64,000 bases of DNA from Bdellovibrionales bacterium (lineage in GTDB: Bacteria > Pseudomonadota > Alphaproteobacteria > UBA2400), in contig JBDHTQ010000007.1 in NCBI GenBank assembly GCA_039808765.1, positions 48,127 to 112,126 on the forward strand, in the 5' to 3' direction. A program made the translations under genes and the position numbers. The notes beneath the pieces are model-generated. The model searched no databases. It saw only the letters and a list, made by a program, of their open reading frames with translations, and had not been told where the DNA came from. Below are positions 40,722 through 52,492 of this stretch, in pieces (positions within the stretch are counted from its first letter, which is position 1; each line of letters opens with the position of its first letter).

Positions 40722-42071
40722 TTATGTTACGATTTTAAGGATACCGGTTCTTACATGACCGATAATTTCTGGCTTTCCAGGGGCAATTCTCACAATTCCG
40801 CCATCGTGGGGAATAAGCGTATGCTCAATACTCTTGCATGTTTGTGCAAGCTTTTGATGGGCATTCAGCTGAACGTCTTCGCCGTGAACGGCAATCACAA
40901 TTTTTGGTTTAAGCCAAGAATACATTAGCACGATATCTTTTTGTGCGGGATGACCAGAAGTATAAATTTTCTCTTTGCAATTGTAGCGAGTAATTACGTC
41001 TGCACCTGCGTCGGAAAGCTGCTGTCGTAATTTGTTAATAGCAGGTCGACAGGGCGGAATATCCAATGATGAAAAGATCACATGATCGCCTTTTTGCAGC
41101 GTGACATCGTTGTACTCACCAACGGCAATCCGGCTAAGAACGGCATTCGTTTCCCCTTGGCTTCCAGTGACAATATAAACCAAATCATTCTGAGGCAAAC
41201 GCGACGCTTTCTTGGCATTCAAAAATAATGGCACCCCTTTGTGATATTCTAAATCACGGGCGATAGAGTCAAACATCCACATCGAGCGACCTGCCAGCAC
41301 AACCTGACGCCCACATGCTTTTGCCGCCAAGGCAATTGAGTGAATACGCGCTATATGACGGGATTGGCAAGTAATAATAATCTTTTTATTGCATCGCGCA
41401 AAAAGCTCCACCAGTCCATCCCGGACATCGGCTTCATCGCCTGAAAAATCCTCTAACGGTGCATTTGTTGAGTCTCCAACAACGGCTAAAACACCATGCT
41501 GGCCAACAGCTTCAAACATTCTCTCATTGATCGGCGCGCCAACAACGGGATCATAATCAATCTTCCAATCACCAGTGTGAATGACTGTTCCTAAGGTGGT
41601 TGTAATTTCAACCATCGATGCTTCAGGAATAGAGTGCGTCACTGGCAGAATGCGCAGCGAATAAGGCCCAAGTTCAAAAGTATCCTCAGCGTAAATGGTG
41701 CGCAAAATCATATCTTCGGCATCAGGAAAATCCTTGACCTTGTTGCGAAGATAAGCGCATGCAATGCGAGAAGCATAAACGGGACACTTTAATCGTGGCC
41801 ACAACGCTGCTACGGCACCGATATGGTCATCATGAGCATGGGTAATGACAAGTCCCACAATATCATCCCGATACTGCTCAATGAAAGCAGGATCAGGATA
41901 AGCTTGTTGAGCAAGGCCAATCTCTTCATTTTCGAGAAAAATCCCGCAATCAATGAGCAACCATTTCCCTTGAAAGTAGTAGGCGTTAAACACTCCACCA
42001 AATTCAGAGGCACCTCCAAGTGGTATAAAATACAGAGATTGAGGATCAAATTGTTTAGAGGGGCTGTCCAT
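40722..42071 (-). CDS. rnj: Ribonuclease J (beta-CASP metallo-beta-lactamase), short form
   Basis: FIPLGG, IDCG, THAHDDHIG, VTHSIPE, HTGDWK, DSTNA, TGSQGE, YTSGH, VHGE; usual position after birA. Confidence 0.88.
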   Translation of the reverse strand: MDSPSKQFDPQSLYFIPLGGASEFGGVFNAYYFQGKWLLIDCGIFLENEEIGLAQQAYPDPAFIEQYRDDIVGLVITHAHDDHIGAVAALWPRLKCPVYASRIACAYLRNKVKDFPDAEDMILRTIYAEDTFELGPYSLRILPVTHSIPEASMVEITTTLGTVIHTGDWKIDYDPVVGAPINERMFEAVGQHGVLAVVGDSTNAPLEDFSGDEADVRDGLVELFARCNKKIIITCQSRHIARIHSIALAAKACGRQVVLAGRSMWMFDSIARDLEYHKGVPLFLNAKKASRLPQNDLVYIVTGSQGETNAVLSRIAVGEYNDVTLQKGDHVIFSSLDIPPCRPAINKLRQQLSDAGADVITRYNCKEKIYTSGHPAQKDIVLMYSWLKPKIVIAVHGEDVQLNAHQKLAQTCKSIEHTLIPHDGGIVRIAPGKPEIIGHVRTGILKIVT

Positions 42072-42128
42072 CTTTATCTTTCACAAAGCAAACACATACA
42101 TGCAACAAACACGGGCCGATTATACATA

Positions 42129-42878
42129 CTAATCAAAAAATACATCGCCTGCAGTAATTTTTTCAAGCATATCGTCACCCGTTTTTATCTCTAGCACACC
42201 TTGTGCATCAATACCGAGCATTACGCCTTCAACTATTTTTCCGCTGGGGAGAGAAACTTTTAAGCGATTGTTCAAGCCAACTGCTTTTTGTAGCCACGCA
42301 TCGCGGATGGGCTGAAATCCTTGCTCCTGCCATAAATCATACCAGTATGTGAGGTGCTTCTGCAGTGCCAGCCTTACTTGATCGGCATCTAAAATACGTT
42401 CAACTGCGCTTGCAATTAATAAACTTTGTTGTTGTAGGGCGGTATATTCCTGCCAGATTGATGTCACAATGCGACCTTCAACATGGGGGACCTGTAAAAC
42501 ATTAATCCCAATACCAGCAATGATAAAGTTACTCTCTTTTTCCAAAAGAATTCCTGAAACTTTAGCGCCACGGCACAAAACGTCATTGGGCCACTTTAAT
42601 TTCCATTCCAGTGAAAAATCATCAAGCACAGACCCGATCGAGAGCGCACAAACAAAAGAAAGCTGTCCCCACTCTTGTTGATCTCGTTGAGGTCTTAAAA
42701 TGGTTGAGCAGTATAAATTACCAACCGGGCTACTCCAAACACGATTATTGCGGCCTCGGCCAAACGATTGACGCTTCGCAACAATGATTGTGCCTTCGTC
42801 CGCATTTTCACGTGCACGCTCAAGCGCGGTTGTGTTGGTGCTTTCAAGCTCATCAAAGATTTGAACAGAAAAAATCAT
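42129..42878 (-). CDS. birA: Biotin--[acetyl-CoA-carboxylase] ligase (no HTH domain)
   Basis: STN, QSFGRGRNNRVWSS, GNLY, LKWPND, KVSGIL, GIGIN, AGDV. Confidence 0.95.
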   Translation of the reverse strand: MIFSVQIFDELESTNTTALERARENADEGTIIVAKRQSFGRGRNNRVWSSPVGNLYCSTILRPQRDQQEWGQLSFVCALSIGSVLDDFSLEWKLKWPNDVLCRGAKVSGILLEKESNFIIAGIGINVLQVPHVEGRIVTSIWQEYTALQQQSLLIASAVERILDADQVRLALQKHLTYWYDLWQEQGFQPIRDAWLQKAVGLNNRLKVSLPSGKIVEGVMLGIDAQGVLEIKTGDDMLEKITAGDVFFD

Positions 42879-42884
42879 CTAACA

Positions 42885-44336
42885 TCAAGGAAGAATGGGA
42901 AAATTCGATAAGGCATACTGTGTTAAGGTTAACACTGGCCCTAATAACGCCAACCCAACCAAAGACAAGGCGCTACTCACCACAACCGTTATTGACAGCG
43001 TTGGCGCAAAAGGCTGATCCAAAGAAGCAATCGGTTTATCAGCATACATAACTTTAATCACAAGGATGTAGTAGTAAGCACCGATCACGCTGGCAATCGA
43101 TCCCCAAACCGCCAACCACACCATATCTGCCTGTATGGCGGCTAAAAAGATGTAGAATTTTGTGAAAAAACCGACCATTGGCGGAATTCCAGCCATCGAA
43201 AACATAATAATCGCCATTCCAGCGGCTAGCCCGGGATGCAAATGCGCAATCCCAGCGAGATCAGCAACATCCTCAACAGGTTTGCCTTGTTTTTTCATGG
43301 CAAGAAGCACAGCAAAAGCGCCCAAACTCATGGCAACATAAAAAACAAGATAAGCAAGCGCAGCGGTTAGCCCCATATGCGTTCCAGTGCTGATACCAAG
43401 GAGCACAAAACCAACGTGACTGACCGAGCTATAGGCTAACAGACGCTTTAAGCTGGTTTGGCCAATTCCGGCAAGTGCACCGACAGCCATCGTTAACGCT
43501 GAGATAAAAACCAGAATAGTTTGCCACTCTGTGATCATGCCAATAAACGGCTCAAAAAGAATTTGGATAAGAACGCCTGCAGCAGCCATTTTTGGACCGA
43601 TTGCAAAGAACGATGTTACCGGAGAAGGCGCCCCCTCATACACGTCGGGTGCCCACATATGGAACGGAGCAGCGGCAAGTTTAAACAGAATACCAGCCAA
43701 TATAAATCCCAAGCCAATTAGCAGCGCAATTGAATGGGGGTGTTCAAGCGCATACGTATGAATTTCATCAAATCTGATTACGCCTGTTGTGCCGTATACC
43801 AAGGAAATTCCGTATAAGAGCAACCCAGAAGCAAGTGCACCCAATACAAAATATTTTACCCCCGCTTCACATGATTTTCTTTGATCGCGATGAAAGGTTG
43901 CCAGCACATAAAGTGCTAAGCTTTGCATTTCCAAACCAATATAAAACACGAGGAAGTCACGCGCTGACAAAAGCGCCATCATGCCTGTTACAGCCAACAT
44001 GACCAACACAGGAAACTCGTTGCGTTCTGTCTTCAGCTTTGCGAACCAGTCTTTGGCCATTAGCAAACATATCGAAGTAGCCACAAGAATGATCACTTTA
44101 AACGTACCAGAGAACCCATCAAGAACAAATGAATTACTAAACGAACTCAGTCCATTCGGTGCTTGATTAAGTTGCCCAACAATCATCAAGGCGGTTGTCA
44201 TCAAAAACAGGACGGCAAAATTACACAGAACGCTGGTTTTGCTATCAGGTAAAAACGCTCCCATGATCAGCAATCCCAGTGCTGACACCAACATAAGCAT
44301 TTCAGGAAAGAGAGCTGATAGATCAAGAATAGTCAC
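42885..44336 (-). CDS. nuoN: NADH-quinone oxidoreductase subunit N
   Basis: LEMQSLALY, EAGVKYF, FKLAAAPFHMWAPDVYEGAP, KRLLAYSS, SMAGIPP. Confidence 0.96.
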   Translation of the reverse strand: MTILDLSALFPEMLMLVSALGLLIMGAFLPDSKTSVLCNFAVLFLMTTALMIVGQLNQAPNGLSSFSNSFVLDGFSGTFKVIILVATSICLLMAKDWFAKLKTERNEFPVLVMLAVTGMMALLSARDFLVFYIGLEMQSLALYVLATFHRDQRKSCEAGVKYFVLGALASGLLLYGISLVYGTTGVIRFDEIHTYALEHPHSIALLIGLGFILAGILFKLAAAPFHMWAPDVYEGAPSPVTSFFAIGPKMAAAGVLIQILFEPFIGMITEWQTILVFISALTMAVGALAGIGQTSLKRLLAYSSVSHVGFVLLGISTGTHMGLTAALAYLVFYVAMSLGAFAVLLAMKKQGKPVEDVADLAGIAHLHPGLAAGMAIIMFSMAGIPPMVGFFTKFYIFLAAIQADMVWLAVWGSIASVIGAYYYILVIKVMYADKPIASLDQPFAPTLSITVVVSSALSLVGLALLGPVLTLTQYALSNFPILP

Positions 44337-44346
44337 AATGTCGCTC

Positions 44347-45924
44347 CTAAAGTGCGGGAATTGGGGCCACGTTGCTCACCCCATGAGACAGCATACGTGC
44401 ATTCAAATGTTCAAGCGAAGGTGAAATGTACTCTGTTAATAGCGATGAGTTGAGACCCAAACACAGGATAACAGCGCCTAAAACAAACAGAGCAATAAAC
44501 TCATAGCGGTTGACGTCCTTCAGTGTGCTCACTTCAGAATTAGTTACCTCGCCATACATAACACGCCGATAGAGCCATAACATATAAGCCGCGCTTAACA
44601 CCATTCCGGATGCAGCAATGAAGGTAACTGTCTGCCCCCAAGCAAAAATGCTGGCATAATCCGGCTTAAAGGGTGTACTCGATGCATTGAAGGAGGCTAA
44701 GAGGCTCAAAAATTCACCAACAAAGCCCGCTGTTCCCGGTACGGCAATAGCCGACAATGTCATAAAGAGGAAAAATACAGCAAACTTAGGCATCACATTT
44801 ACAACACCACCATAGGTTGAAATCGCACGTGAATGGGTTCGATCATACAAAACACCAACACAGAAAAAGAGTGCGGATGAAATCAATCCATGCGCAATCA
44901 TCTGAAACATTGCGGCTTGCAGACCGTACATGTTGAAGGAGAACAGACCAAGAGTGACAAACCCCATATGCGCAACCGATGAGTAAGCAATCATCTTTTT
45001 CATGTCTTCCTGCACCAAAGCAACAAGCGATGCATACACGATGGCGATAAGACTTAAGGTCCATACAAACGGGACAAACGTCGCACTCGCTTCAGGCAGA
45101 AGTGGAAGTGAAAAGCGCATAAAGCCATAGTCACCCACCTTCAGCAACACGCCAGCCAAAATGATGGAACCTGCCGTTGGTGCTTCGACGTGTGCATCAG
45201 GCAACCATGTATGCACAGGCCACATTGGCATTTTTACAGCAAAAGAGGCGAAAAAACCAAGCCATAACCACATTTGCACATCTTTGGTCAAAATGAGCTT
45301 ATCTTCTGTGAGCAAAATCGTCATATCGCTTGTGCCGGTTTTGAGATAAATCGCAACCATCGCCAGCAACATCAAAACCGAACCTAATAGTGTAAATAAA
45401 AAGAATTTAAACGTTGCATAAATCCGTCGCGGTCCTCCCCAAATCGCAATGATTAAAAACATCGGGATCAGCACGCTTTCAAAGAAAACGTAGAACATAA
45501 TCATATCAAGGGCGCAGAATGTGCCGATAATCACCGTTTCCAAAACAAGGAAGGCGATCATATATTCGCGCACGCGCAGCGAAATCTTCTGGCTGGCCAG
45601 CAAGGCAATCGGCATCAATAACGTTGTCAGAAGGATCAGTGCAACGGCAATCCCATCAACACCAAGGTGATAAGAGATTCCCAGCGTCGGAATGAGCATA
45701 ATCTTTTCAATAAACTGAAATTGTGGGGCAGTTGCTGCAGGATCAAAATCCAAGGCCAAGCAGACCGATAATACAAATGTGATCAGTGTGGTGAGAAAAG
45801 CAATGCCACGGCTCGCTTGATCAACGCGTAATGGATTGCCGCGCAAAAGCATAATCAAAACAGCGCCAGCGATCGGCATGAATGTCAAAATCGACAGAAT
45901 GGGCCACGCCCCAACAGTTACCAT
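44347..45924 (-). CDS. nuoM: NADH-quinone oxidoreductase subunit M
   Basis: FFESVLIPM, AVKMPMWPVHTWLPDAHVEAPT, KKMIAYSSVAHMG. Confidence 0.97.
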   Translation of the reverse strand: MVTVGAWPILSILTFMPIAGAVLIMLLRGNPLRVDQASRGIAFLTTLITFVLSVCLALDFDPAATAPQFQFIEKIMLIPTLGISYHLGVDGIAVALILLTTLLMPIALLASQKISLRVREYMIAFLVLETVIIGTFCALDMIMFYVFFESVLIPMFLIIAIWGGPRRIYATFKFFLFTLLGSVLMLLAMVAIYLKTGTSDMTILLTEDKLILTKDVQMWLWLGFFASFAVKMPMWPVHTWLPDAHVEAPTAGSIILAGVLLKVGDYGFMRFSLPLLPEASATFVPFVWTLSLIAIVYASLVALVQEDMKKMIAYSSVAHMGFVTLGLFSFNMYGLQAAMFQMIAHGLISSALFFCVGVLYDRTHSRAISTYGGVVNVMPKFAVFFLFMTLSAIAVPGTAGFVGEFLSLLASFNASSTPFKPDYASIFAWGQTVTFIAASGMVLSAAYMLWLYRRVMYGEVTNSEVSTLKDVNRYEFIALFVLGAVILCLGLNSSLLTEYISPSLEHLNARMLSHGVSNVAPIPAL

Positions 45925-45938
45925 GGGTGATACTCCCT

Positions 45939-47891
45939 CTACCCTTTAAGCCCAATCCAGAGCAAAAGCCCAACCATGCCTATCACCATCACAAAAGCAT
46001 AGTGATAAACATATCCTGTGTGCATTTGGCGAACACGACGTGATAGATAGGCTGTCAAAGCGGTCATCCCATCCGGGCCGCATCCATCAATCAATACACC
46101 ATCACCAAATTTCCAGAAAACCCGCCCCAAGGTTAGCGCAGGCTTAACCAAAGCCCTGTTATATAATTCGTCGAAATACCATTTATGGTAGAACAAAGCA
46201 TAAAGTGGCGAAAAAATACGGGCCATCATTTGAGGAAAAGCAGGTGCCTTGAGGTAGGCAATCCATGCCAATAAAATTCCTATTACCGCGAGAACAGTGG
46301 GGCCGAATTTAACCCAATCAGCCACATGATGTGCAGCAGTTAGCGGATCTTCTACACCAGCGCGGAGGTGTAACGCACTGCCCCAAAATTCATGATGTGC
46401 CTCGCCAACAAATTGATCATACGCATACCAACCCGACAGCATTGCGCCAACACTTAAAATCAGCATTGGGATCATCATTGAAGGTGGTGATTCATGGGCA
46501 TGTTCAAGCGCATGTACATCAGCACGACTGGGACCGTTAAAGGTGAGGAAAATCAGTCGCCATGAATAAAACGCTGTCATGAGGGCAGCAATCATCCCCG
46601 CAGCCCAAGCGAACTCTCCAACGGATGAGTGTGCAGCCCACGTCGATTCAAGGATGATATCCTTTGAGTAGTATCCAGCAAAAAACGGAATTCCCGCCAA
46701 GGCTAACGAACCAATCCATATCAGTAATGTTGTGATCGGTACTTTACGCCAGATACCACCCATTTTACGTAGGTCTTGCTCACCAGAGAGAGCATGAATA
46801 ACCGAGCCGGCGCCAAGGAAAAGTAGTGATTTGAAAAATGCGTGAGTCATTAGGTGGAACATTGCGGCACCATACGCTGAAATCCCAATCGCAAAAAACA
46901 TGTAACCGAGCTGACTCATGGTTGAGTATGCAATAACGCGTTTAATATCCCATTGTGTCATGCCAATCGTTGCGGCGATAACAGCCGTTAATGCGCCAAC
47001 AATAGCAACAAATTCAAGAACCTGTGGGGCCGCTTCAAACAAAGGCGATAGCCTGCACAGCATAAACACACCCGCCGTCACCATGGTTGCGGCGTGAATA
47101 AGTGCGGAAACAGGCGTTGGCCCTTCCATCGCATCAGGCAACCATGTATGTAATCCGATTTGAGCAGATTTACCCATTGCTCCCATAAACAGGAGTAAAC
47201 AGCTCACAGTCAGGGCGTCAACATGATAGCCAAACAGCATAAATGTTTTTGTGGTCTCAACATGCGGCATCAGGATATTCGCAAAGTTGACGGAACCAAG
47301 GGTGAAGAAAATGCCCAAAATTCCTAACGCGAAACCAAAATCGCCAACACGGTTTACCAGAAAGGCTTTAATTGAAGCATCATTTGCACTCGGTTTCTTA
47401 AACCAGAAGTTGATAAGCAGATATGACGCCAACCCTACCCCTTCCCATCCGAAAAAAAGCTGCACAAGATTATCAGATGTCACCAGCATCAGCATGGCAA
47501 ATGTAAAAAAGCTAAGATAGGCGAAGAAGCGCGGTCGATAAGGATCATGCGCCATATAACCCAGCGAGTAAACGTGCACCATTGCAGACACCACGTTGAC
47601 CACAACCAGCATGACAGCGGTCAAAACATCAAACCGTAATGACCACGTGACATGAAGAGGGCCAACAGCCATCCACTTGAGCAGAGGGATGATGGTTAAG
47701 AGATCAGTTGCACTGGTATAAAGCAGGTAAAGATGGATTGAAATAGCAGCTGCAGCGAGCATAAAAGCGGTTGCAATCAGCTCAGCACCATGTTTCCCAA
47801 GACGATAGCCGCCCAAGCCAGCAACCAAAAAACCAAGTAAAGGAAGGAAGATGGCGAAAACTTCTGCTGAAGGTAAAAAAGCCAGAGTCAT
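45939..47891 (-). CDS. nuoL: NADH-quinone oxidoreductase subunit L
   Basis: GWEGVG, VNRVGD, GKSAQ, WLPDAMEGPTPVSALIHAATMVTAG. Confidence 0.97.
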   Translation of the reverse strand: MTLAFLPSAEVFAIFLPLLGFLVAGLGGYRLGKHGAELIATAFMLAAAAISIHLYLLYTSATDLLTIIPLLKWMAVGPLHVTWSLRFDVLTAVMLVVVNVVSAMVHVYSLGYMAHDPYRPRFFAYLSFFTFAMLMLVTSDNLVQLFFGWEGVGLASYLLINFWFKKPSANDASIKAFLVNRVGDFGFALGILGIFFTLGSVNFANILMPHVETTKTFMLFGYHVDALTVSCLLLFMGAMGKSAQIGLHTWLPDAMEGPTPVSALIHAATMVTAGVFMLCRLSPLFEAAPQVLEFVAIVGALTAVIAATIGMTQWDIKRVIAYSTMSQLGYMFFAIGISAYGAAMFHLMTHAFFKSLLFLGAGSVIHALSGEQDLRKMGGIWRKVPITTLLIWIGSLALAGIPFFAGYYSKDIILESTWAAHSSVGEFAWAAGMIAALMTAFYSWRLIFLTFNGPSRADVHALEHAHESPPSMMIPMLILSVGAMLSGWYAYDQFVGEAHHEFWGSALHLRAGVEDPLTAAHHVADWVKFGPTVLAVIGILLAWIAYLKAPAFPQMMARIFSPLYALFYHKWYFDELYNRALVKPALTLGRVFWKFGDGVLIDGCGPDGMTALTAYLSRRVRQMHTGYVYHYAFVMVIGMVGLLLWIGLKG

Positions 47892-47894
47892 TAT

Positions 47895-48203
47895 TTAGCC
47901 TTTCATCATGGCTGCGTCATCAACCTCAACACTATGACGATTACGGAAAAACACGACGAGAATAGCAAGTCCAACGGCCGATTCAGCCGCTGCAACGGTG
48001 AGGATGAAAAGTGAAAACACTTGCCCAGTCAAGTCATGCAAGTAAGCAGAGAAAGCCAGAAAATTGATATTCACGGCGAGAAGAACCAACTCCACACACA
48101 TGAGCATCACGATCACATTCCGACGGTTGAGAAAGAGTCCGAAAATGGCAATCGCGAAGAGAATAGCACCCAGCATAAGATAATGGGTTAGACCGATTGT
48201 CAT
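47895..48203 (-). CDS. nuoK: NADH-quinone oxidoreductase subunit K
   Basis: [27 protein letters not shown]. Confidence 0.96.
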   Translation of the reverse strand: MTIGLTHYLMLGAILFAIAIFGLFLNRRNVIVMLMCVELVLLAVNINFLAFSAYLHDLTGQVFSLFILTVAAAESAVGLAILVVFFRNRHSVEVDDAAMMKG

Positions 48204-48874
48204 AGCGATACTCCTTTGCCGCTCTCAACTTTTTTAATCTGCAGAACAGATGCAGGATCACGATTTGTTTGAGTGGCGATCTTTTGACGACGCACAGCCG
48301 TACCATCTTTTTTACTGTGATACGTTAAAACAATTGCGCCAATCATGGCCACCAGTAAAACGATTCCTGCCATTTGAAATGGTAAAAAGTACTGGGTATA
48401 AAGTATGCGCCCCAAAGCTTCCGTGTTCGAAAGGGCTGCGGTTGCATCCGCTTGGATGGGTGCCGCCGCCAAAACGGACTGATGGGGGTAGTTTAATCCA
48501 ATTACCATCATGATTAGCTCGCTGGCGAAAATTGCGCCCACAATCAAGCCGATGGGCATATAAAAGCTGGCTTTTCGTTTAAGCCCCTTAAAATCAAGAT
48601 CAAGCATCATTACAACAAAGAGAAAGAGCACAGCAACAGCACCAACATATACAATGACCAGTGTCATCGCGACAAACTCGGCACCAAGCAAAATAAACAA
48701 TCCGGCAGCATTGAAGAATGCCAGAATGAGAAACAGAACTGCATGGACAGCATTATGCCCGACGGTAATCACCATCAGTGCAGAAAACAGCAGCACCGCA
48801 GAAAGCAAATAGAACATCATGCCTTCGATAAAGGGTGTCGGATTAGCAGCAAATGTGGACAGAAGCTCGTTCAC
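48200..48874 (-). CDS. nuoJ: NADH-quinone oxidoreductase subunit J
   Basis: [38 protein letters not shown]. Confidence 0.96.
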   Translation of the reverse strand: MNELLSTFAANPTPFIEGMMFYLLSAVLLFSALMVITVGHNAVHAVLFLILAFFNAAGLFILLGAEFVAMTLVIVYVGAVAVLFLFVVMMLDLDFKGLKRKASFYMPIGLIVGAIFASELIMMVIGLNYPHQSVLAAAPIQADATAALSNTEALGRILYTQYFLPFQMAGIVLLVAMIGAIVLTYHSKKDGTAVRRQKIATQTNRDPASVLQIKKVESGKGVSL

Positions 48875-48883
48875 GGAAAAACC

Positions 48884-49372
48884 CTACCCTCGATTAGATG
48901 TTACACGATCAATGTTTGCCGCCAAAAGTGGCTCCCAACGATCACCATTGTCTAGTAATTTTGCCTTATTGTACATAAGTTCAGCACGTGTTTCCGTGGC
49001 AAACTCAAAATTCGGGCCTTCAACAATCGCATCCACCGGGCAAGCTTCTTGGCACAAGCCGCAGTAAATGCACTTTGTCATATCAATGTCATAACGGGTC
49101 GTACGACGGCTTCCATCAGAACGCGGCTCCGCCTCAATGGTTATTGCTTGAGCAGGACAAACGGCTTCACATAATTTACATGCAATGCAGCGCTCTTCTC
49201 CGTTTGGATAACGCCTTAGAGCATGCTCCCCGCGAAAGCGCGGACTGATTGGCCCCTTTTCATTCGGGTAGTTTAAGGTGACCCGTTGGCGGAACATATA
49301 TTTAAACGTTAAAGCCATGCCGCTCACAATTTCAGCAAGGATGAAGCGTCGTGCTAATCGATCCAGTATCAT
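48884..49372 (-). CDS. nuoI: NADH-quinone oxidoreductase subunit I
   Basis: [14 protein letters not shown] and [13 protein letters not shown] ferredoxin motifs. Confidence 0.98.
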   Translation of the reverse strand: MILDRLARRFILAEIVSGMALTFKYMFRQRVTLNYPNEKGPISPRFRGEHALRRYPNGEERCIACKLCEAVCPAQAITIEAEPRSDGSRRTTRYDIDMTKCIYCGLCQEACPVDAIVEGPNFEFATETRAELMYNKAKLLDNGDRWEPLLAANIDRVTSNRG

Positions 49373-49373
49373 G

Positions 49374-50378
49374 TTAAACGCTCCCCTTCATAAAGACGAC
49401 CCACGCTGAAACTAACACAACGTATAGCAAAGAAAGCGGAAGAAAAACCTTCCATCCCAATTGCATAAGTTGGTCGTACCGATAACGCGGCATTGTTCCT
49501 CTAACCCAAATGAAGACAAACAGGCAAAATGCAATTTTAAGCGAAAACCAAACGATTCCCGGTATCACAGCCAACGGTGTCCATGCGAGAGGAGCCATCC
49601 ATCCGCCAAGGAAGAGCGTGGTTGTCATCGCACTCATTAAGATCATGTTCGCGTACTCACCAAGAAAAAAGAGCGCGAAGGTCATTGAAGAGTATTCTGT
49701 ATTAAAACCACCGACTAATTCTGATTCACTTTCTGGCAAATCAAAAGGACAACGATTTGTCTCAGCCAGCCCCGATATAAAAAACACAATGAACATTGGA
49801 AACAAGGGCCAGATATACCAATGTGTAATACCGCCTGTTTGGGCCTCAACAATGTGGGACAAATTGAGAGATCCCGCAAGCAAAAGGACGGTTACAATGA
49901 CAAGACCGATTGACACTTCATAGCTCACCATTTGTGCGGCCGAACGGAGCGCCCCTAAAAATGAGTACTTTGAGTTTGAGGCCCAACCGGCAATAATAAT
50001 CCCATATACGCCGAGAGACGAAATGGCAAAGAGGTACAAAATACCAACATTGATATCAGCCAAAACCAAACCCGCATCAAACGGCACCACCGCCCATGCA
50101 GCAAGCGATAGCAGGAATAATAAAATCGGTGCGGCAACAAAAAGAACCTTATTCGAGCCGCTTGGTATGATGGTTTCTTTCATCATCAGCTTTAAACCAT
50201 CGGCAAAAGGCTGCAACAAGCCGAAAGGCCCAACCACATTTGGACCTTGCCTCAACTGGAGAAGTGCTAGAACTTTACGTTCTGCGTAGGTGATGAAAGC
50301 AACCACAACCAGCAAGGGCACGACAATCAGCAAGATACCGCCGACGATCAGTGCTAAGGACCAGAAAAGATTATCCAT
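49374..50378 (-). CDS. nuoH: NADH-quinone oxidoreductase subunit H
   Basis: [44 protein letters not shown]. Confidence 0.97.
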   Translation of the reverse strand: MDNLFWSLALIVGGILLIVVPLLVVVAFITYAERKVLALLQLRQGPNVVGPFGLLQPFADGLKLMMKETIIPSGSNKVLFVAAPILLFLLSLAAWAVVPFDAGLVLADINVGILYLFAISSLGVYGIIIAGWASNSKYSFLGALRSAAQMVSYEVSIGLVIVTVLLLAGSLNLSHIVEAQTGGITHWYIWPLFPMFIVFFISGLAETNRCPFDLPESESELVGGFNTEYSSMTFALFFLGEYANMILMSAMTTTLFLGGWMAPLAWTPLAVIPGIVWFSLKIAFCLFVFIWVRGTMPRYRYDQLMQLGWKVFLPLSLLYVVLVSAWVVFMKGSV

Positions 50379-52467
50379 GTGTGCCGGTCCTTTCTACTGG
50401 AGCGCAAGAACACCCACAGCTTTTTTTCTTTTGCGGCAAAATTTCAGTCACGCAACGGGCCATGGTTTCTGATGCGCGGCTAATCGGATCAGTCATATAA
50501 TAGTTTTCAACTGCGCTGTGAAGAGTAACTGGATTGATTTGGCCGTTTACGCCAAATTTTTTCCATTCTGCGGCAACAATGTCGCCCACGTGGGCAAAAA
50601 TTGGATTGAGTGTTGCCAGTGCTTTACGAATGTCTTGCAACGAATCGTAGGAAAGTTTCTGTCCCACAGTTTCAGAAAGGGCGCGAACAATCCGCCAGTC
50701 TTCTTTAGCCTCGCCGGGAGGAAACACAGCTTGACGTGCTTTTTGTGCCCGGCCCTCTGTATTAACATAAAGGGCATCTTTTTCAGTGTAGGCAGCACCG
50801 GGTAGAATAACATCAGCACGATGTGCACCACGATCGCCGTGATGGCCCTGATAAACGACAAAGGCTTGTCCAAACGCTTTTGCATCAATCTCATCAGCAC
50901 CATAGTTATAAATAAAGTCAATCTCACCCGACTGCGCGCCTGCGAGAATTTCAGCAACAGATTTTGCACCTTTCGCTGTGGGGGTGAAGCCAATTTCCAG
51001 TGCTCCCACACGCCCGGCAGCGGTATGCAGCACATTAAAGCCGTTCCAATTGGAATCGGTTTTGACTAATCCGTAATCTTCAGCAAATTGGCAAAGCTGT
51101 GCATGAATGGCCACACCATGAGTCCCAACAAAAACGCCTGCGCCAATGATAACAACTGGGTTTTTAGCCTTTTTAAGCTTATCGCCAAAAGAGCCGAGCG
51201 ATGATAAATCCTGCAGTGAAGGACCAATAAACTCATACGGATATGTCAAATCGCAGTGACCGCTTCCTCCAATGACCGCAATCGGCAAATTGAGCTTGCG
51301 CCACCGTTTGCGGATACGCGCATTGATCAAGGGGGCTTCTTTGCGCGGGTTGGTCCCGATCAGAAGTATTGCATCTGCCGCTTCCAAGCCTTCGATCGTG
51401 GTGTTAAAGCGCCATCCACACTTTATGGATGGATCAAATGTTGCGCCATCTTGGCGGCAATCCATGTGCACCGATCCAAGTTTATGCATCAGGTTTTTTA
51501 AGAGGAACGTTGTTTCAACATCCACTAAGTCACCGACCAAAGCAGCTATTTTTTCAGATGATGTTTGAGCTATTTTTTCTTTTATCACGCCAAATGCTTC
51601 GTCCCATGTTGCGGCACGAAGGGAGCCATTTTCACGAATATAAGGACGGTCAAGGCGTTGGCGGGTTAAACCATCAACACAATGCCGCGATTTATCAGCC
51701 AACCATTCTTCATTAACCTCTTCATTAAGGCGGGGTAAAACACGCAGAACAGCATTTGCACGACTATCAATGCGGATATTGCTTCCCACTGCGTCCATCA
51801 CATCGATGCTGTCGGTTTTGCGTAGCTCCCACGGGCGGGCGATAAACGCATAAGGTTTGCTTGTCAGGGCACCAACAGGGCACACATCAACAATATTACC
51901 ACTTAATTCAGAGGTTAGTGCTTTTTCAACATACGTCGTTATTTCCACATTTTCGCTGCGTCCCGTCAAACCCAATTCCGGGGTTCCTGCAATTTCTTCC
52001 AAAAAGCGAACGCAGCGTGTGCAGTGTATGCAGCGGGTCATCGCTGTTTTCACGAGAGGTCCGAGTTCTTTTTCACTTACTACCCGCTTTGTCTCATCAT
52101 AACGTGAACGATCATAACCATATGCCATTGCTTGATCTTGCAAATCGCATTCCCCACCCTGATCGCAAATCGGGCAGTCCAGAGGATGGTTAACCAGTAA
52201 CATTTCCATCACCCCTTGACGGGCTTTCTTGATGGCATCGGTGTTCGTGCGAATAATCATTCCTTCAGCACAAGCGACAGCACAACTCGGAATGGGTTTG
52301 GGGGCCTTTTCTTGCTCAACCAAGCACATCCGACAGTTCGCGGGTACGGAAAGGCGATCGTGATAGCAAAATCGCGGGATTTCAATACCCAACTGTTCGC
52401 AAGCCTGAAGCACGGATGTTCCGTTTGCGACTTCGATTTCTTGATTATCGATGGTAAGCTTGGGCAT
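50371..52467 (-). CDS. nuoG: NADH-quinone oxidoreductase subunit G
   Basis: [46 protein letters not shown]. Confidence 0.98.
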   Translation of the reverse strand: MPKLTIDNQEIEVANGTSVLQACEQLGIEIPRFCYHDRLSVPANCRMCLVEQEKAPKPIPSCAVACAEGMIIRTNTDAIKKARQGVMEMLLVNHPLDCPICDQGGECDLQDQAMAYGYDRSRYDETKRVVSEKELGPLVKTAMTRCIHCTRCVRFLEEIAGTPELGLTGRSENVEITTYVEKALTSELSGNIVDVCPVGALTSKPYAFIARPWELRKTDSIDVMDAVGSNIRIDSRANAVLRVLPRLNEEVNEEWLADKSRHCVDGLTRQRLDRPYIRENGSLRAATWDEAFGVIKEKIAQTSSEKIAALVGDLVDVETTFLLKNLMHKLGSVHMDCRQDGATFDPSIKCGWRFNTTIEGLEAADAILLIGTNPRKEAPLINARIRKRWRKLNLPIAVIGGSGHCDLTYPYEFIGPSLQDLSSLGSFGDKLKKAKNPVVIIGAGVFVGTHGVAIHAQLCQFAEDYGLVKTDSNWNGFNVLHTAAGRVGALEIGFTPTAKGAKSVAEILAGAQSGEIDFIYNYGADEIDAKAFGQAFVVYQGHHGDRGAHRADVILPGAAYTEKDALYVNTEGRAQKARQAVFPPGEAKEDWRIVRALSETVGQKLSYDSLQDIRKALATLNPIFAHVGDIVAAEWKKFGVNGQINPVTLHSAVENYYMTDPISRASETMARCVTEILPQKKKSCGCSCAPVERTGTHG

Positions 52468-52492
52468 CGTTCCTTGATCCTTGTTTCGTCAC

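Noticed and set aside
42072-42128. No coaX between birA and rnj, and no mce after rnj
   Set aside because: These neighbours vary among alphaproteobacteria, so absence here says little
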